Shown here: positions 1 to 10,900 of the stretch, piece after piece | Layout of the letters: every line of letters begins with the position of its first letter | Position numbering within the stretch: the first letter of the stretch is position 1 | DNA from: Candidatus Eiseniibacteriota bacterium | GTDB taxonomy: Bacteria > Eisenbacteria > RBG-16-71-46 > SZUA-252 | Direction of reading: 5' to 3' | Assembly: GCA_963740415.1 (NCBI GenBank) | Contig: CAVUEC010000012.1 | Coordinates: 799 to 64,798, forward strand | DNA length: 64,000 bases | Notes under the pieces: model-generated | What the model saw: only the letters and a program-made list of their open reading frames with translations | The model's database searches: none | Told to the model about the DNA's origin: nothing | Translations under genes and position numbers: made by a program

Positions 1-2187
1 GTTGGGCGGCGGGACGAGATGGAGGAGATCGCGCGCCTTCTTGGTACCGCGCGGCTCGTCACGCTGACGGGCGCGGGCGGGTGCGGCAAGTCGCGTCTCT
101 CCGTTCAGGTCGCCCGGAACGTGCTGGAAGGGTATCCGGACGGGGCCTGGATCGCGGAGCTGGCGCCGATCTCGGATCCGAGCCTGGTGCCTCAGCGCGT
201 GGCGGCCGCGGTCGGCGTTCGGGAAGAGCCGGGCCGCGCGATTCTCGACACCCTCAAGGAGTCGCTCCGCCACCGCTCGACGCTCATTCTCCTCGATAAT
301 TGCGAGCACATGACGGCGGCCTGCCGCTCGCTCGCGGCGGAGCTCTTGCAAAGCACCGTGAACCTGAGAATCCTGGCCACGAGCCGCGAGGCTCTCGGCG
401 TCGCTGGGGAATCGGTCTGGCGCGTTCCCCCGCTTCACGTGCCGGATCTTCGCGCGTCCGGACACCTCGGCCGGCGCGAGCTGGGACGTTACGAGTCGGT
501 GCGTCTCTTTGCCGAGCGCGCCACGGCCGCGTCGCCGGCGTTCTCGCTCACCGATCAGAACGCGGAAACCGTGGCGCAGATCTGCGCGCGCCTCGACGGA
601 ATCCCGCTCGCGATCGAGCTGGCGGCGGCGCGGGTGAAGGTTCTTCCTCCCGCCCAGATCCTCGCGAGGCTCGAGGACCGGTTCCGCCTTCTCACGTCGG
701 GCAGTCCCGGCGCGCTCCAGCACCAGCAGACGCTCCGCGCGACGGTCGAGTGGAGCTACGGGATGCTGACCGAGAAGGAGCGCGCGCTGTTCGACCGGCT
801 GAGCGTGTTCGCGGGCGGCGCCTCGCTGGAAGCGGCGGAGACCGTGTGCGCCGGAGACGGACTGGAGAACGTCGAGATTCTCGATCTCATCTCGCACCTG
901 GTCGACAAGTCGTTGGTCCTTCCGGAGGAAGGGGTCGGCGATGCCGCGCGATACCGGCTCCTCGAAACGCTGCGCGAGTACGGGAAGGAGCGGCTGGAAC
1001 AGGACGGAAGCGCCGAGTCCTGCCGCGAACGGCACGCCCGGTTCTACCTTGCCCTGGCGGAACAGGCCGAGCCCGAGCTGAGCGGGGAGCATCAGTCGTC
1101 TTGGCTCGCGAGGCTGGAGCAAGAGCATGACAACTTCCGTCAATCCGCCGAGTGGGCGATCCGCTCCGGGTGGATGGAGGAGGCGCTCCGGCTGGCGGGC
1201 TCGCTGTGGCGATTCTGGCGGATCCACGGCCACTTCGGCGAGGGACGCCGGCGGCTCGAAGCTGCGCTGGGCGGCGAAGGAGCGAGGCCCGGCGAGCGCC
1301 GCGCCCGCGCGAAGGCATACCTCGGCGCGGGGGCGCTCGCGCGGAGTCAGAGCGACTACGAGCGCTCGCGGTCCCTGTTGGAGGAGGGCCTTGCGGTGGG
1401 GCAGCTCACAGGGAATCAGGAAGTGACGGCCGCCATCCTGCTCGAACTGGGTACCGTCGCAAACGATCAGGGGCGGCTCGCCGATGCCCGCGAGAACTAC
1501 GAGGGATGCCTCGCGATCCGGCGGGCCGCCCGGGACAAGCGCGGGATGGCCATCGCGCTCCACAACCTCGGGGTGGTGTCGCAGGCATTGGGCGACTACG
1601 ACGACGCTCGGTCCCTCTACGAGCAATCGCTCGCCATCAACCGCGAGTTGGGGAATGAAGGATGGGAGGCGCTCAACCTGAACGCTTTGGGAAGTGTGGC
1701 CCTGGACCACGATGATTACCCGGCCGCTTCCCAGTATCACGAGGCCGCCCTGGCGATCCACACGCGCCTGGGAGACCGGTGGGGCGTGGCCTATTCGCTC
1801 CACGAGCTGGGGCGAATCGCGGTCGGGCAGGGGGAGTTTTCGAAGGCGAGTGATCTGCTCGCCGACAGCATCCCGAGCTTTCAGGCGTTGGGGGACCGTG
1901 TCGCGGTCATCGAGTGCGTGGAGCATTTCGCCGCGCTCGCCGCCGCACGCGGGGAGGACGAGTCGGCCCTCAGGCTGGCCGGGGCCGCGTCGGAATCCCG
2001 GCAGTCGCTCGGGGCGCCGCCCACGCCGCCCGACCGAAAGAAGCTGGAGCGGAGCCTCGCCGGACCGAATGAACGCCTCGGCCAGTCGAGAGCAAAGGCC
2101 GCGTTTGAGGCCGGAAGGGCCATGCCTCTCGAACAGGCCGTCGCGCTGGCGGTCGCAAGCCGCGAGACCCTCTCAAGGATGAGGTGA
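1..2187 (+). CDS. STAND/NB-ARC-like ATPase with winged helix and C-terminal TPR repeats (5'-truncated)
   Basis: Frame open from base 1 (VGRRDEMEEI); Walker A GAGGCGKS, Walker B ILLDNCEH, LDGIPLAIELAAA; repeated TPR units such as ALHNLGVV...YEQSLAI. Confidence 0.88.
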   Translation, partial: VGRRDEMEEIARLLGTARLVTLTGAGGCGKSRLSVQVARNVLEGYPDGAWIAELAPISDPSLVPQRVAAAVGVREEPGRAILDTLKESLRHRSTLILLDNCEHMTAACRSLAAELLQSTVNLRILATSREALGVAGESVWRVPPLHVPDLRASGHLGRRELGRYESVRLFAERATAASPAFSLTDQNAETVAQICARLDGIPLAIELAAARVKVLPPAQILARLEDRFRLLTSGSPGALQHQQTLRATVEWSYGMLTEKERALFDRLSVFAGGASLEAAETVCAGDGLENVEILDLISHLVDKSLVLPEEGVGDAARYRLLETLREYGKERLEQDGSAESCRERHARFYLALAEQAEPELSGEHQSSWLARLEQEHDNFRQSAEWAIRSGWMEEALRLAGSLWRFWRIHGHFGEGRRRLEAALGGEGARPGERRARAKAYLGAGALARSQSDYERSRSLLEEGLAVGQLTGNQEVTAAILLELGTVANDQGRLADARENYEGCLAIRRAARDKRGMAIALHNLGVVSQALGDYDDARSLYEQSLAINRELGNEGWEALNLNALGSVALDHDDYPAASQYHEAALAIHTRLGDRWGVAYSLHELGRIAVGQGEFSKASDLLADSIPSFQALGDRVAVIECVEHFAALAAARGEDESALRLAGAASESRQSLGAPPTPPDRKKLERSLAGPNERLGQSRAKAAFEAGRAMPLEQAVALAVASRETLSRMR

Positions 2188-2234
2188 GCCTGCGCAGGTC
2201 CCCGGCCATGGCAGGCCCGTGAGGCGGGAACCCA

Positions 2235-2263
2235 TTGACATTTCGATAATTGTGTGGTAACAT
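2235..2263 (+). promoter_or_regulatory. sigma70-type promoter
   Basis: TTGACA-17 nt-TAACAT with TGn extension, just upstream of the 2301 GTG. Confidence 0.7.
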
Positions 2264-2300
2264 GCCGTTCAATCTACTGGGGCGCTGATGGGGGGACACA

Positions 2301-5300
2301 GTGCTTCGACGTCGGCTTTCCGTCGCCCTAATCCCTCTGGCATGGCTGATCTTGCCCCACCCGGTGGACGCCCGTCCCCCGACGGGTAATGGCGGCTACC
2401 CGGACGGCATTCCCAAGCGGTACACCGCCCAGATCTGGTGGGCCGGGTCGATCACGCGGAAAGCGGCCGTGACCACGTCCTGGTTCCTCTACCCGGGCGC
2501 CTGCGTTGAGCGCGCCCTCGGGACTTGGTCGGCGAAGTCGACCCCCGTCGCGGACAGCCTCCAGCCCACCTCCGGCTTCGCAAACTCGTTCGGTTACACG
2601 GACAACCAGCCGGACATCGCGGGTAACAACAACACGATCGCCTACACGCGGAACGACGGTTCTCTGGCCGAGAAGCTCTGGCACGTCGTGAACGTTGGCG
2701 TCCCGTCGAATCAGCGTCCCGCGATCATCAACGGATCCAACAGCCTCTGGTGCGGCAAGTACGATCCGGCGTGGGTGTACAAGGTGGGCTATCCGAACCG
2801 GACGTATCAGATTCTCTACATCGATACGGGCCCGCACTCCGCCGCGTATCACCTCACGTTCAGCGGCAACCTGAGCTCCGAGCAGAACTACGACTACAAC
2901 TCGATCCTCGGTGGCGGCGGTGGCAACTCCGATCCGCTCCAGAATCGCCGGGATCTCATGAGCGACATGCTCCCGCCGGCGGGTGTTGTTACCTCCGGTC
3001 CGAACGGTGACTCCGACAACATCTGGACGTTTACGGGCAGCATCATCGCGGATCAGGTCCACACGCAGAATCACACGGCCTCGCTGGATAACGGCATCAC
3101 GGTCGGTTCTGCTTCGGCCCAGCCGACCACGCAGAACTTCGACATCACGATCGACGCGGATCACCGCGCCATCTACTGGGTCATGACCTCGGACCACTTG
3201 CTCTCGAGTGAAGACGGCCTTTGGCCGCTGGGCAAGGGCCAGATCCTCGACGACATCGCGACCAGCGACAACGGTGCGATGTACACCGATCAAACGGCCG
3301 TTGGCGGCGTGGATCCGTTCTCAGGCGACATCATCAAGGGCACGTACGGCAGCGCCGGTTTCATCTCCGCGCGCGTGCCGGCTGGCGTCGGCGAGCTCTG
3401 GCAGCTCGCGCCCGGGAGCGAAAACGTCACTTCTGATCTTTGCGTCCCACAAAAGGCCTTCGCGTCCGACCTCTTCTTCGAGGGCGGCGACCCCAACACC
3501 AACCTGGCCATCAACCGCCAGACCAACTCGCTCGTGAGTTGCACCTTCCCCATCCCGCCGGGTACGGGTTCGGTGGTCGCGCAGTGGAGCGAATATCTCG
3601 ACCTGCCGCGGTACGCCGGCTATGTGCGATACGGCGAGTACCGCTATTTCATGAACGGCGTCTGGTCCCGTTGGAAAAGCGATGAGGCGTCCGGAGCCGT
3701 GCGTCAGGACGGGTCCAGGAACTGGGGAACGGCCAGCTTCGAGCTGGCAGAGGCCACCCGGGCCGACTCGGTCCAGCTCCGCTTCAACCTCGATTGCGTT
3801 CCCGAGCTCGCCGGAGACAAGTCGAACTGCGCGGCGTCCCTCACGAACGCGCTTCTCTACGACGACCTGAGACTTCAAGTGACGAGCGGCACTCCCCCGC
3901 CGATCTTCGGGATCTTTGTGGGCAGTCTCGGGAAGACCACCTTTGTCGACGGGACCATCCTTGGAATCAACTGTTCCACGCCCCCTTGCTGGCCCGGTAT
4001 CCGCGGCTCCGCGCTCCCCGGCGGAATCGACGACAACTTCAATTCCTCGCTGGGTGACTCCATCACCGTGGCGTGCGTGAGCGGGCTCCGGCGAAACGGG
4101 ATGGGGATCAACTGGCAGCAGGGGTTCGACAAGTCGGTCAATTCGGGGGGCACGATCGCCTACACGAACGCTTCCTTCAACAGCGCCTTCGACAGGCCAC
4201 GCTTCATCTACCGGCTATTCGACCCGGCCACCAAGACGTGGAGTCCGTTCGATTCCTCGGCCATGGACGCCGACGCCGTCGCCATCGTGGGATCGCCCCC
4301 GGAGACGACGGTCATCAACAACAATTTCAGGATTGACTGGCCGCCCCGAGACCGGGTGGCGGCCGCCGCGTCGCTCCCCGGCGGGTTCACCATCAACGGC
4401 GAGGGCAGCTACGCCAATCTCAGCTTCCTGCCCCGCGGCACCAGAATTCAGTACTACTTCAAGACGGTCGACATCAACGGCGGCACCAGCTACCAGTTCT
4501 CGTCGGATCAATCCGCCTACGAAGTGGAAAGCCTTCCCGCCCTCCCCGGAGGCAGCGCGCGGGCCCCGGACATCATCGAATACCAAGTCTTGCCCGGAGT
4601 CTATCCGTCCGGGCCTGCAGGCTCGCTCCTGTTTGGCAGGCTCAACACGCCGATCCTCAACTTGGATGGGGCGTACACCAGCTGGAGCTTCGGCTACGAT
4701 CCGGTAACACAGGCTCTCCGCGGGCTCGGCGTCCGCGTGGATCGCTACCGGTTTCTGCAAGGCTACGACCTCGGGTCCAACATCGGCGGCCACGAGCTCC
4801 CAGGCGGACGCATCGGCCACCTGTCGAACTTCTTCCCCAACTACACGGAGTACCCGATCGCGGATTCGCTCGCGACGTGGTACCGGATCATGATCCAGTC
4901 CTCCCATGTCCGGACCTTCACCGTGCTGGACGAGCAGGACGCCGCGCTGGCGGAGCAGTGGTGGAATCGGGATACGGGCTCGAATCAGGGCGACCGCTGC
5001 ATCTTTGCCGCAGGGGACAACTTGTTCGACATGCTGTTCGGGCCCTTGGTCGTGACGCATCAAACGTCGCTGGCCCAAAACGTCTTCGGCGTGTCCGCCA
5101 GCGCGAGCCAATGGTCGGGAACGTCGACCACGCCGTACCCCACGATCGACGACCGCTTCGCCGCGGCGAGCGCTGGCCCGAGCCTCGCGGCGGCGAACAC
5201 GTTTACGTATCCTCTCGACGGCGGATGCGCGGCATACAACGGCTTCGACGCCCTCACCAAGGTCGGCTCCGCGGATGCGGCCTCGGCGGTCTTCTACCCC

Positions 5301-5978
5301 AACTCGCAGATCGCGGGCATCGCGCGCATGAGCGAGAACGACGGCGTGGCGGACAAGGACCGGAGCAAGGCCATCGGCTACGCCTACTCGATCCAGTTCA
5401 TCCGCGACCCGGCATACGCCCGGACGAACGCGAACTATGTCCGTTCGGGTGTGGAGAACCGCATGCGCGTGCTCTACAAGTTCCTGACGAGCTGCCGCGG
5501 GCCGCGGACCGGCGCCCCCGCCGACACGGGGAAGTGCTGGCCCTGCCCGAGCCCGGGAACAACGCTGCCGCTGATGCAGGCGGATTGGGCGGGACAGTCG
5601 TCGGGGTTCGCGACCGGCACTTGGGGTCCCCTGTACCCGATCCAGGCGGGCGCCTTGGCCACCGCGATCGAAGAGCCCACGCAGGCGCCTCCCGTCTTCG
5701 TCAACGCGCTCCTCCAGAACCGGCCCAACCCGTTCAACCCGGAGACGGCGATTCCCTACAGCTTGGCGATGTCCGGTCGCGTGGCGATCCGGGTCTTCGA
5801 CATTTCCGGCCGATGCGTCCGGACGCTGGTGGATCGCGTCGAGCCCGCGGGCCCGCACTTGATTCGCTGGAATGGGAAGAACGACGCGGGGCTTCGCGCG
5901 GCGAGCGGCGTCTACTTCTATCGAATCACGTATCCGGACGGAGGGGTATCGGCGAAGAAGCTCATGATTGTGCGGTGA
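2301..5978 (+). CDS. Large secreted protein (1225 aa) with C-terminal FlgD-Ig/T9SS-like domain
   Basis: Signal peptide RRRLSVALIPLAWLIL; G/S/T/N-rich body; C-terminus LLQNRPNPFNPET...WNGKNDAG...SGVYFYRI...KKLMIVR. Confidence 0.85.
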   Translation: MLRRRLSVALIPLAWLILPHPVDARPPTGNGGYPDGIPKRYTAQIWWAGSITRKAAVTTSWFLYPGACVERALGTWSAKSTPVADSLQPTSGFANSFGYTDNQPDIAGNNNTIAYTRNDGSLAEKLWHVVNVGVPSNQRPAIINGSNSLWCGKYDPAWVYKVGYPNRTYQILYIDTGPHSAAYHLTFSGNLSSEQNYDYNSILGGGGGNSDPLQNRRDLMSDMLPPAGVVTSGPNGDSDNIWTFTGSIIADQVHTQNHTASLDNGITVGSASAQPTTQNFDITIDADHRAIYWVMTSDHLLSSEDGLWPLGKGQILDDIATSDNGAMYTDQTAVGGVDPFSGDIIKGTYGSAGFISARVPAGVGELWQLAPGSENVTSDLCVPQKAFASDLFFEGGDPNTNLAINRQTNSLVSCTFPIPPGTGSVVAQWSEYLDLPRYAGYVRYGEYRYFMNGVWSRWKSDEASGAVRQDGSRNWGTASFELAEATRADSVQLRFNLDCVPELAGDKSNCAASLTNALLYDDLRLQVTSGTPPPIFGIFVGSLGKTTFVDGTILGINCSTPPCWPGIRGSALPGGIDDNFNSSLGDSITVACVSGLRRNGMGINWQQGFDKSVNSGGTIAYTNASFNSAFDRPRFIYRLFDPATKTWSPFDSSAMDADAVAIVGSPPETTVINNNFRIDWPPRDRVAAAASLPGGFTINGEGSYANLSFLPRGTRIQYYFKTVDINGGTSYQFSSDQSAYEVESLPALPGGSARAPDIIEYQVLPGVYPSGPAGSLLFGRLNTPILNLDGAYTSWSFGYDPVTQALRGLGVRVDRYRFLQGYDLGSNIGGHELPGGRIGHLSNFFPNYTEYPIADSLATWYRIMIQSSHVRTFTVLDEQDAALAEQWWNRDTGSNQGDRCIFAAGDNLFDMLFGPLVVTHQTSLAQNVFGVSASASQWSGTSTTPYPTIDDRFAAASAGPSLAAANTFTYPLDGGCAAYNGFDALTKVGSADAASAVFYPNSQIAGIARMSENDGVADKDRSKAIGYAYSIQFIRDPAYARTNANYVRSGVENRMRVLYKFLTSCRGPRTGAPADTGKCWPCPSPGTTLPLMQADWAGQSSGFATGTWGPLYPIQAGALATAIEEPTQAPPVFVNALLQNRPNPFNPETAIPYSLAMSGRVAIRVFDISGRCVRTLVDRVEPAGPHLIRWNGKNDAGLRAASGVYFYRITYPDGGVSAKKLMIVR

Positions 5979-6033
5979 GCCCGCTTGAAACTGCGAGGCG
6001 CGCCCGGCGCGGCGCGGCTCGACACCGCCGCCG

Positions 6034-7836
6034 CTAGCGCAGCAGCGTCATCTTGATGCGATCCTGCGTCCCCGCGGCGGTGGAGGCCTTCGCATAGTAG
6101 ACGCCGGACGGAACATCGTGTCCGCGGCTGTCCTTGCCGTCCCACCCGACGGAGTTGGTTCCCTGCGGATACCACGTGCCGCCGAGCGCCCGGAGAAGGC
6201 GGCCCTGGGCGTTGAAGATTCGCACCGTGACCACTCCCGCGCCGCCGGTTGCGAAACGAATGGTCGTCTGCGGGTTGAACGGATTGGGGGCGTTTTGCTG
6301 GAGCGATACAGCGGAAGCGGCGAGGGCCTCCTCGGGGAAGACCTTGATATATCCGATGCCCCGGAACCCGCGCCCCACACCGTTGGAATAGGCATCCACG
6401 ATGATCGGGACGTGGTTTCCGACCAGCCCGTTCGACCGGAGCATGTCCTCGAACTCGGCGCGATCCCACTCGACGTCGATTACAGGCTTTCCCGCCTGCT
6501 TGCGGTCCACGAAGACCGGGATCGACCCGTCGTTGTCCGGGTCCGTGGAGAGCGGAATGAGTCCGTTCAGCGTCGGGCTCGGAAGGATGCTCCGTCGCAT
6601 CCGGATGCCTTCCTTCGGCCCGTCGAACGACGCCGACTGATAGCCCACGTTCCTCGTTTCGGGCGGGAAGCTCAGGGTCGCGGTCACGGTCTCTTCAGGG
6701 CCGCCGAACGTGAACGGGTCCGGCGTGATCTTCACGCCCATCTTGAGAGGGAGGAGGCAATTGAAGATCATCTCGCCCCTCCACGTGTTGGGCCCGAGGA
6801 ACGTGGGATAGCCCGCCATGGACGTGAAGAGGAAGTAGTTGAACGGCACGCCGTCGGGAGACGTCTGCGTGTAGTGCGAGACGTCGACCTCGGAGTCGTC
6901 CGTGCGGTCTATGGAGATGGCGCACTTGGCGCCGGTCGCGAGGTCGAGCTTCCAGATGTCCGGGAGCTGCTCCGGATCCTCGTTCTTGGGCGCGTGGTAG
7001 TAGATGGAGCGGCCGTCGCTCGACCAGGAGGGGTGCGAGTGAATGACCGGCGCGGCATTGACCTCGGCGAACGTCCACGTGTGCGGCGCCGGCGTGGCCA
7101 GATCCACGATCGCGATCATCAATGTGCCGAAGTAATTTGTTTCGTACGCGATCCGGTGGCCGTCGGGGGCCCAGGCCGGGGCCATCTCGGCGTGCGCGTC
7201 GTCCAGGGTCTGCCGCACCAGGGGGCCGAGCGCGGGGAAGACCTGCACGGTGTAGACGTCCCACGTTGTCCCCGAGCGTGTCGAGGCGAACGCGAGCGTG
7301 GTGCCGTCCGGGCTCCAGTTGGGGCTCCGCGTGGAAGAATTGGGCGCGCTCGGCACGACGACGACCGGGTCGCCGACCGGCGTGGACGCTTCGAAGATGT
7401 CGTCGGAGACCTGGAACTCCTGGACGTCGATCTCCATGTTCGAGCCGATCGCGTCGGTCTTCACGTACGCGAGGAAGCGCCCGTCCGGGCTCCATGCGGG
7501 ATCGAGATAGGAAACGCGCCCGGTCAGGTCGCGGAGCAACGGCTGGCGGGCTTCCTCGAGATCCATGACCGCCCCGGCGCGCGAGACGTTCTGGTGGAGC
7601 CAGATCTCGCGGCAAGCCTCGTGACCCGCCACCGGGCTCCGAGTGGTGAACGAGAAATAGAACTCGATTCCATCCTCCTCCGGCACGGGGCGATAGACCG
7701 GAGACTGGTATCGGTTCCAAACCTTGCTGTCGGTGGTAAGCGGATCGAATGCGCCACGGTATCCGGCGCGGGCGTCGGCGGGAACGAGCGTGCATGCGAG
7801 CACGAGGGCGAGGAACGCGGGCACGATTCGGATCAC
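6034..7836 (-). CDS. TolB-like PD40 beta-propeller protein with C-terminal FlgD-Ig/T9SS-like domain
   Basis: GTG start after G-rich RBS, signal peptide; repeats PAWSPDG, PNWSPDG, PAWAPDG, PSWSSDG; C-terminal LQQNAPNPFNPQT...WDGKD...SGVYY. Confidence 0.85.
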   Translation of the reverse strand: MIRIVPAFLALVLACTLVPADARAGYRGAFDPLTTDSKVWNRYQSPVYRPVPEEDGIEFYFSFTTRSPVAGHEACREIWLHQNVSRAGAVMDLEEARQPLLRDLTGRVSYLDPAWSPDGRFLAYVKTDAIGSNMEIDVQEFQVSDDIFEASTPVGDPVVVVPSAPNSSTRSPNWSPDGTTLAFASTRSGTTWDVYTVQVFPALGPLVRQTLDDAHAEMAPAWAPDGHRIAYETNYFGTLMIAIVDLATPAPHTWTFAEVNAAPVIHSHPSWSSDGRSIYYHAPKNEDPEQLPDIWKLDLATGAKCAISIDRTDDSEVDVSHYTQTSPDGVPFNYFLFTSMAGYPTFLGPNTWRGEMIFNCLLPLKMGVKITPDPFTFGGPEETVTATLSFPPETRNVGYQSASFDGPKEGIRMRRSILPSPTLNGLIPLSTDPDNDGSIPVFVDRKQAGKPVIDVEWDRAEFEDMLRSNGLVGNHVPIIVDAYSNGVGRGFRGIGYIKVFPEEALAASAVSLQQNAPNPFNPQTTIRFATGGAGVVTVRIFNAQGRLLRALGGTWYPQGTNSVGWDGKDSRGHDVPSGVYYAKASTAAGTQDRIKMTLLR

Positions 7837-7860
7837 GGCACCCCCCCTTGAGAGGCGCGC

Positions 7861-7889
7861 ATGATAACACGCGGATGCCGTGAAATCAA
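7861..7889 (-). promoter_or_regulatory. sigma70-type promoter for the PD40 gene
   Basis: Minus strand TTGATT-17 nt-TATCAT with TGn extension. Confidence 0.55.
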
Positions 7890-7987
7890 CCGTTTGCTCG
7901 GGATTCTGGCCCTCGATGGGAGTATAGTTGCATGCTGAGATCGTACCGCTTTTTGCGGGTCTTTCTGCCCTTTGAGGTCGAAGCCAC

Positions 7988-10900
7988 ATGACCCCGGCTC
8001 CCGCTCAGATCTCCCACTACAAGATCGAATCCACCCTGGGCCAGGGCGGCATGGGCGTGGTGTATCTCGCGGAGGACCTGATCCTTCGCCGCCGGGTCGC
8101 CCTCAAGTTCCTCAATCCCGAGCTGGCCCGTGACGCCGACGCGAGAAAGCGGTTCCTCAACGAGGGTCGCGCCGGCGCGACCCTGGGCCACCCGAACGCC
8201 GCGGTCCTTTACGAGGTGGGAACCGATGGTGACGACCTCTTCCTCGCCATGGAATTCGTCCCAGGGGTCACCCTCTACGAACTTCTTTCGGGCGGTCCGC
8301 TTCCTTGGATCGAGGTGCTCGACGCGGCGCTCGAAATCCTCGCCGCGCTGCGCGAGGCCCACGCAAAGGGAATTGTCCACCGGGACATCAAGAGCCAGAA
8401 CGTCCGTCGCACTCCGGACGGTCGGATCAAGGTGCTCGACTTCGGCCTCGCCAAGATCCTCGGCGGAAGCACGATCACGCGCGAAGGCACAATTGTCGGC
8501 ACCGTCGCCTACATGTCGCCGCAACAGGTCGTGGGGGAGGACGTGGACGGCCGGAGCGATCTCTACTCGCTGGGCGTGGTCATGTACGAGCTTTTGACCG
8601 CGCGACTGCCGTTCACCGGAGATCAGCAAGTCGCCGTGGCCCACGCCATCCTCCACGAGGATCCGATCACGGTCCGCGAGCTATCCCCGGAGGTGCCCGC
8701 CGAGCTGGAGCACATCGTGTTCAAAGCGATGATGAAGAACGTCGCGTCGCGGTATCAGAGCGCCGAGGAGATGACCGAGGACCTGGCGCGGTTCCGCGAG
8801 CACGACCGGCGCCGCCGGGCCGGGATCCACGAAGAGCTGGATCTGATCGCGACGCAGGACGTGTTCGCGGTGCGGCGCGAGCGGTTCCTGGCGCCGATGG
8901 TGGGCCGCGACGCGGTCCTGGCCAAGATCCGCGGCTACCTCCGCGAGGCTCGCTCCGGGGAGGGGATGGCGATCTGCATCGCGGGCGAGGCCGGCGTGGG
9001 GAAGACGAGACTTCTTCAAGAATTGCATCAGACCTGGCGGCGCGAAGGCGCGCGGGTGATCGTTTCGGCATGTCTCTTCGGCGGCACGGCCGGCTCGTAC
9101 TCCCCGTTTGCCGAGGCGTTCCGGCACTACTTCTCGCTGCGCGGAGTCACGACGGCCGCGGCCCTCCAGACGTTCCTCTTCGATCGCGCGCCGCGCCTGG
9201 GCGGATCGCTGCCGGTCCTGAACCGCTTCCTTCGATTTACGTTCGCCTCCAACGGGCCTACGAGCGAGGAAGAACTCTGGGAGGTCCTCGATCAGCTCGT
9301 CGCGTTCATCGCGGACGAGCGGCCGTTGGTGCTGGTCCTCGAGGATCTGCAATGGGCGGACGAGGCGTCCCTTCGACTCTTCCACTATCTGGCGGGCCGG
9401 GTCAGCCGGCGGCGCCTGCTCCTCGTGGGGACCTACCGCCAGGAGGAAGTCGTCACCGAGCCAGGCGCGCCGGCCGCACCCGTTGCCCGGAGTCCTTCAG
9501 CTCCTGAATCGCGAGGATCGGTTCGACCGGATGGAGTTGCCGCGGCTTCGGCGTGAGGACGTGCACGAGATCCTGAGCCGGCTTTATCCGAAACACGCGT
9601 GGGGCGAGGATTTCCCCACCCTCCTCTTCCGGGAGTCGGAGGGGAACCCCTTCTTCATGGTCGAGATCTTGAAGCTCCTCGCCACCGAGCGGATTCTCGA
9701 GGAGCGAGATGGGATCTGGGCGCTGAAGACCACCGTCGACAAGATCTCGATCCCCGACAAGGTGTTCGACGTCGTGATGCGGCGCCTGGGGCGGCTGGGA
9801 CCCCGCGAGCGCGAAATTCTCGAGCTCGGCGCGGTCGAGGGCGACATCTTCCACTCCGGCACCATCCTGCGCGGGTTGCGGATCGAGCGGATGGCGCTCT
9901 TGAAGACGCTCCAGTTCCTGGAGCAAATCCATCATTTGATCCACGCGGCGGGACCCTCGTACCACTTCGATCATTCCAAGATCCGGGAGATCCTCTACGA
10001 CAGCATTCCTCCCGAGTTGAGGATCGAATACCACACGGTGGTTGGGCAATTTCTGCACGAAAGTTTTGGCGACCGCGAGGAATACGCGGGGATCATCGCC
10101 CACAACCTGCTGGCGGCGGGACTTCGGGAGGAGGCCATTCCCTATCTCACCCGCGCCGCCGCGTCGGCCGGGCGGCTGTTCGCGCACAGCGACGCGATCC
10201 ATTACCTGGAGCAGGCGGAACGAATGCTCCACGAGCTCTACCCGCAGCGGACCCCCGTGGAGCAGGTAAGGAGGCTCTGCGAGATTCGCGAGCGGCGCGG
10301 CGAGGAGGAGGTGGCCAGCGGCCATTACCGAGAGGCGCTCGAGAGCTTCGAAATGGCGCTCCAGCTGGACCGGGCCGCGGGCGAAGCGCGGCGCGAGGCG
10401 GAGCTGACCCGCGCCGTCGGCCGCGTCCAGTACCTGCTCGGCCGATCGGCGGAATCCAAGATGTCCTATGACAAGGCCATCGCCCACTTCACCCAGGTTG
10501 AGGCGCGCGAGCGCGCGCTCGGCGACTCCGAGGCGCTGGCCGTCGCGTGCCGTGAGCTCGGTAAGCTCTATTTCTTCCGCGGCGAGCTCGAGCCATCGCG
10601 GCACTTCATCGACGGTGCCATCCAGATCGCCGACCGGGTGGGCGCGATCCGCCTCAAAGCCGCGGCGCTCAACAATCTCGCCGGCATCCACTACGAGCGC
10701 GGCGAATTGGAGGAGGCGCTGGCCTGTCACCGCGCCGCGCTGGCCATCCGCCAGGAGATCCGTGAGCCCCAGGATCTCGCGCAGACGTTCAAGAACCTCG
10801 GCATCACCCATTGGCGTCTCGGCGAGCCGACGGAGGCGACGTCGTATCTTGAAGAGGCGCTCGGCCTCTTCCGAAAGACGGGAGACCGGCGCGGCGAGGC

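Noticed and set aside
7884-7896. Perfect IHF consensus AATCAACCGTTTG
   Set aside because: It coincides with the -35 box of a well-spaced minus-strand promoter, which is the simpler explanation; not separately reported
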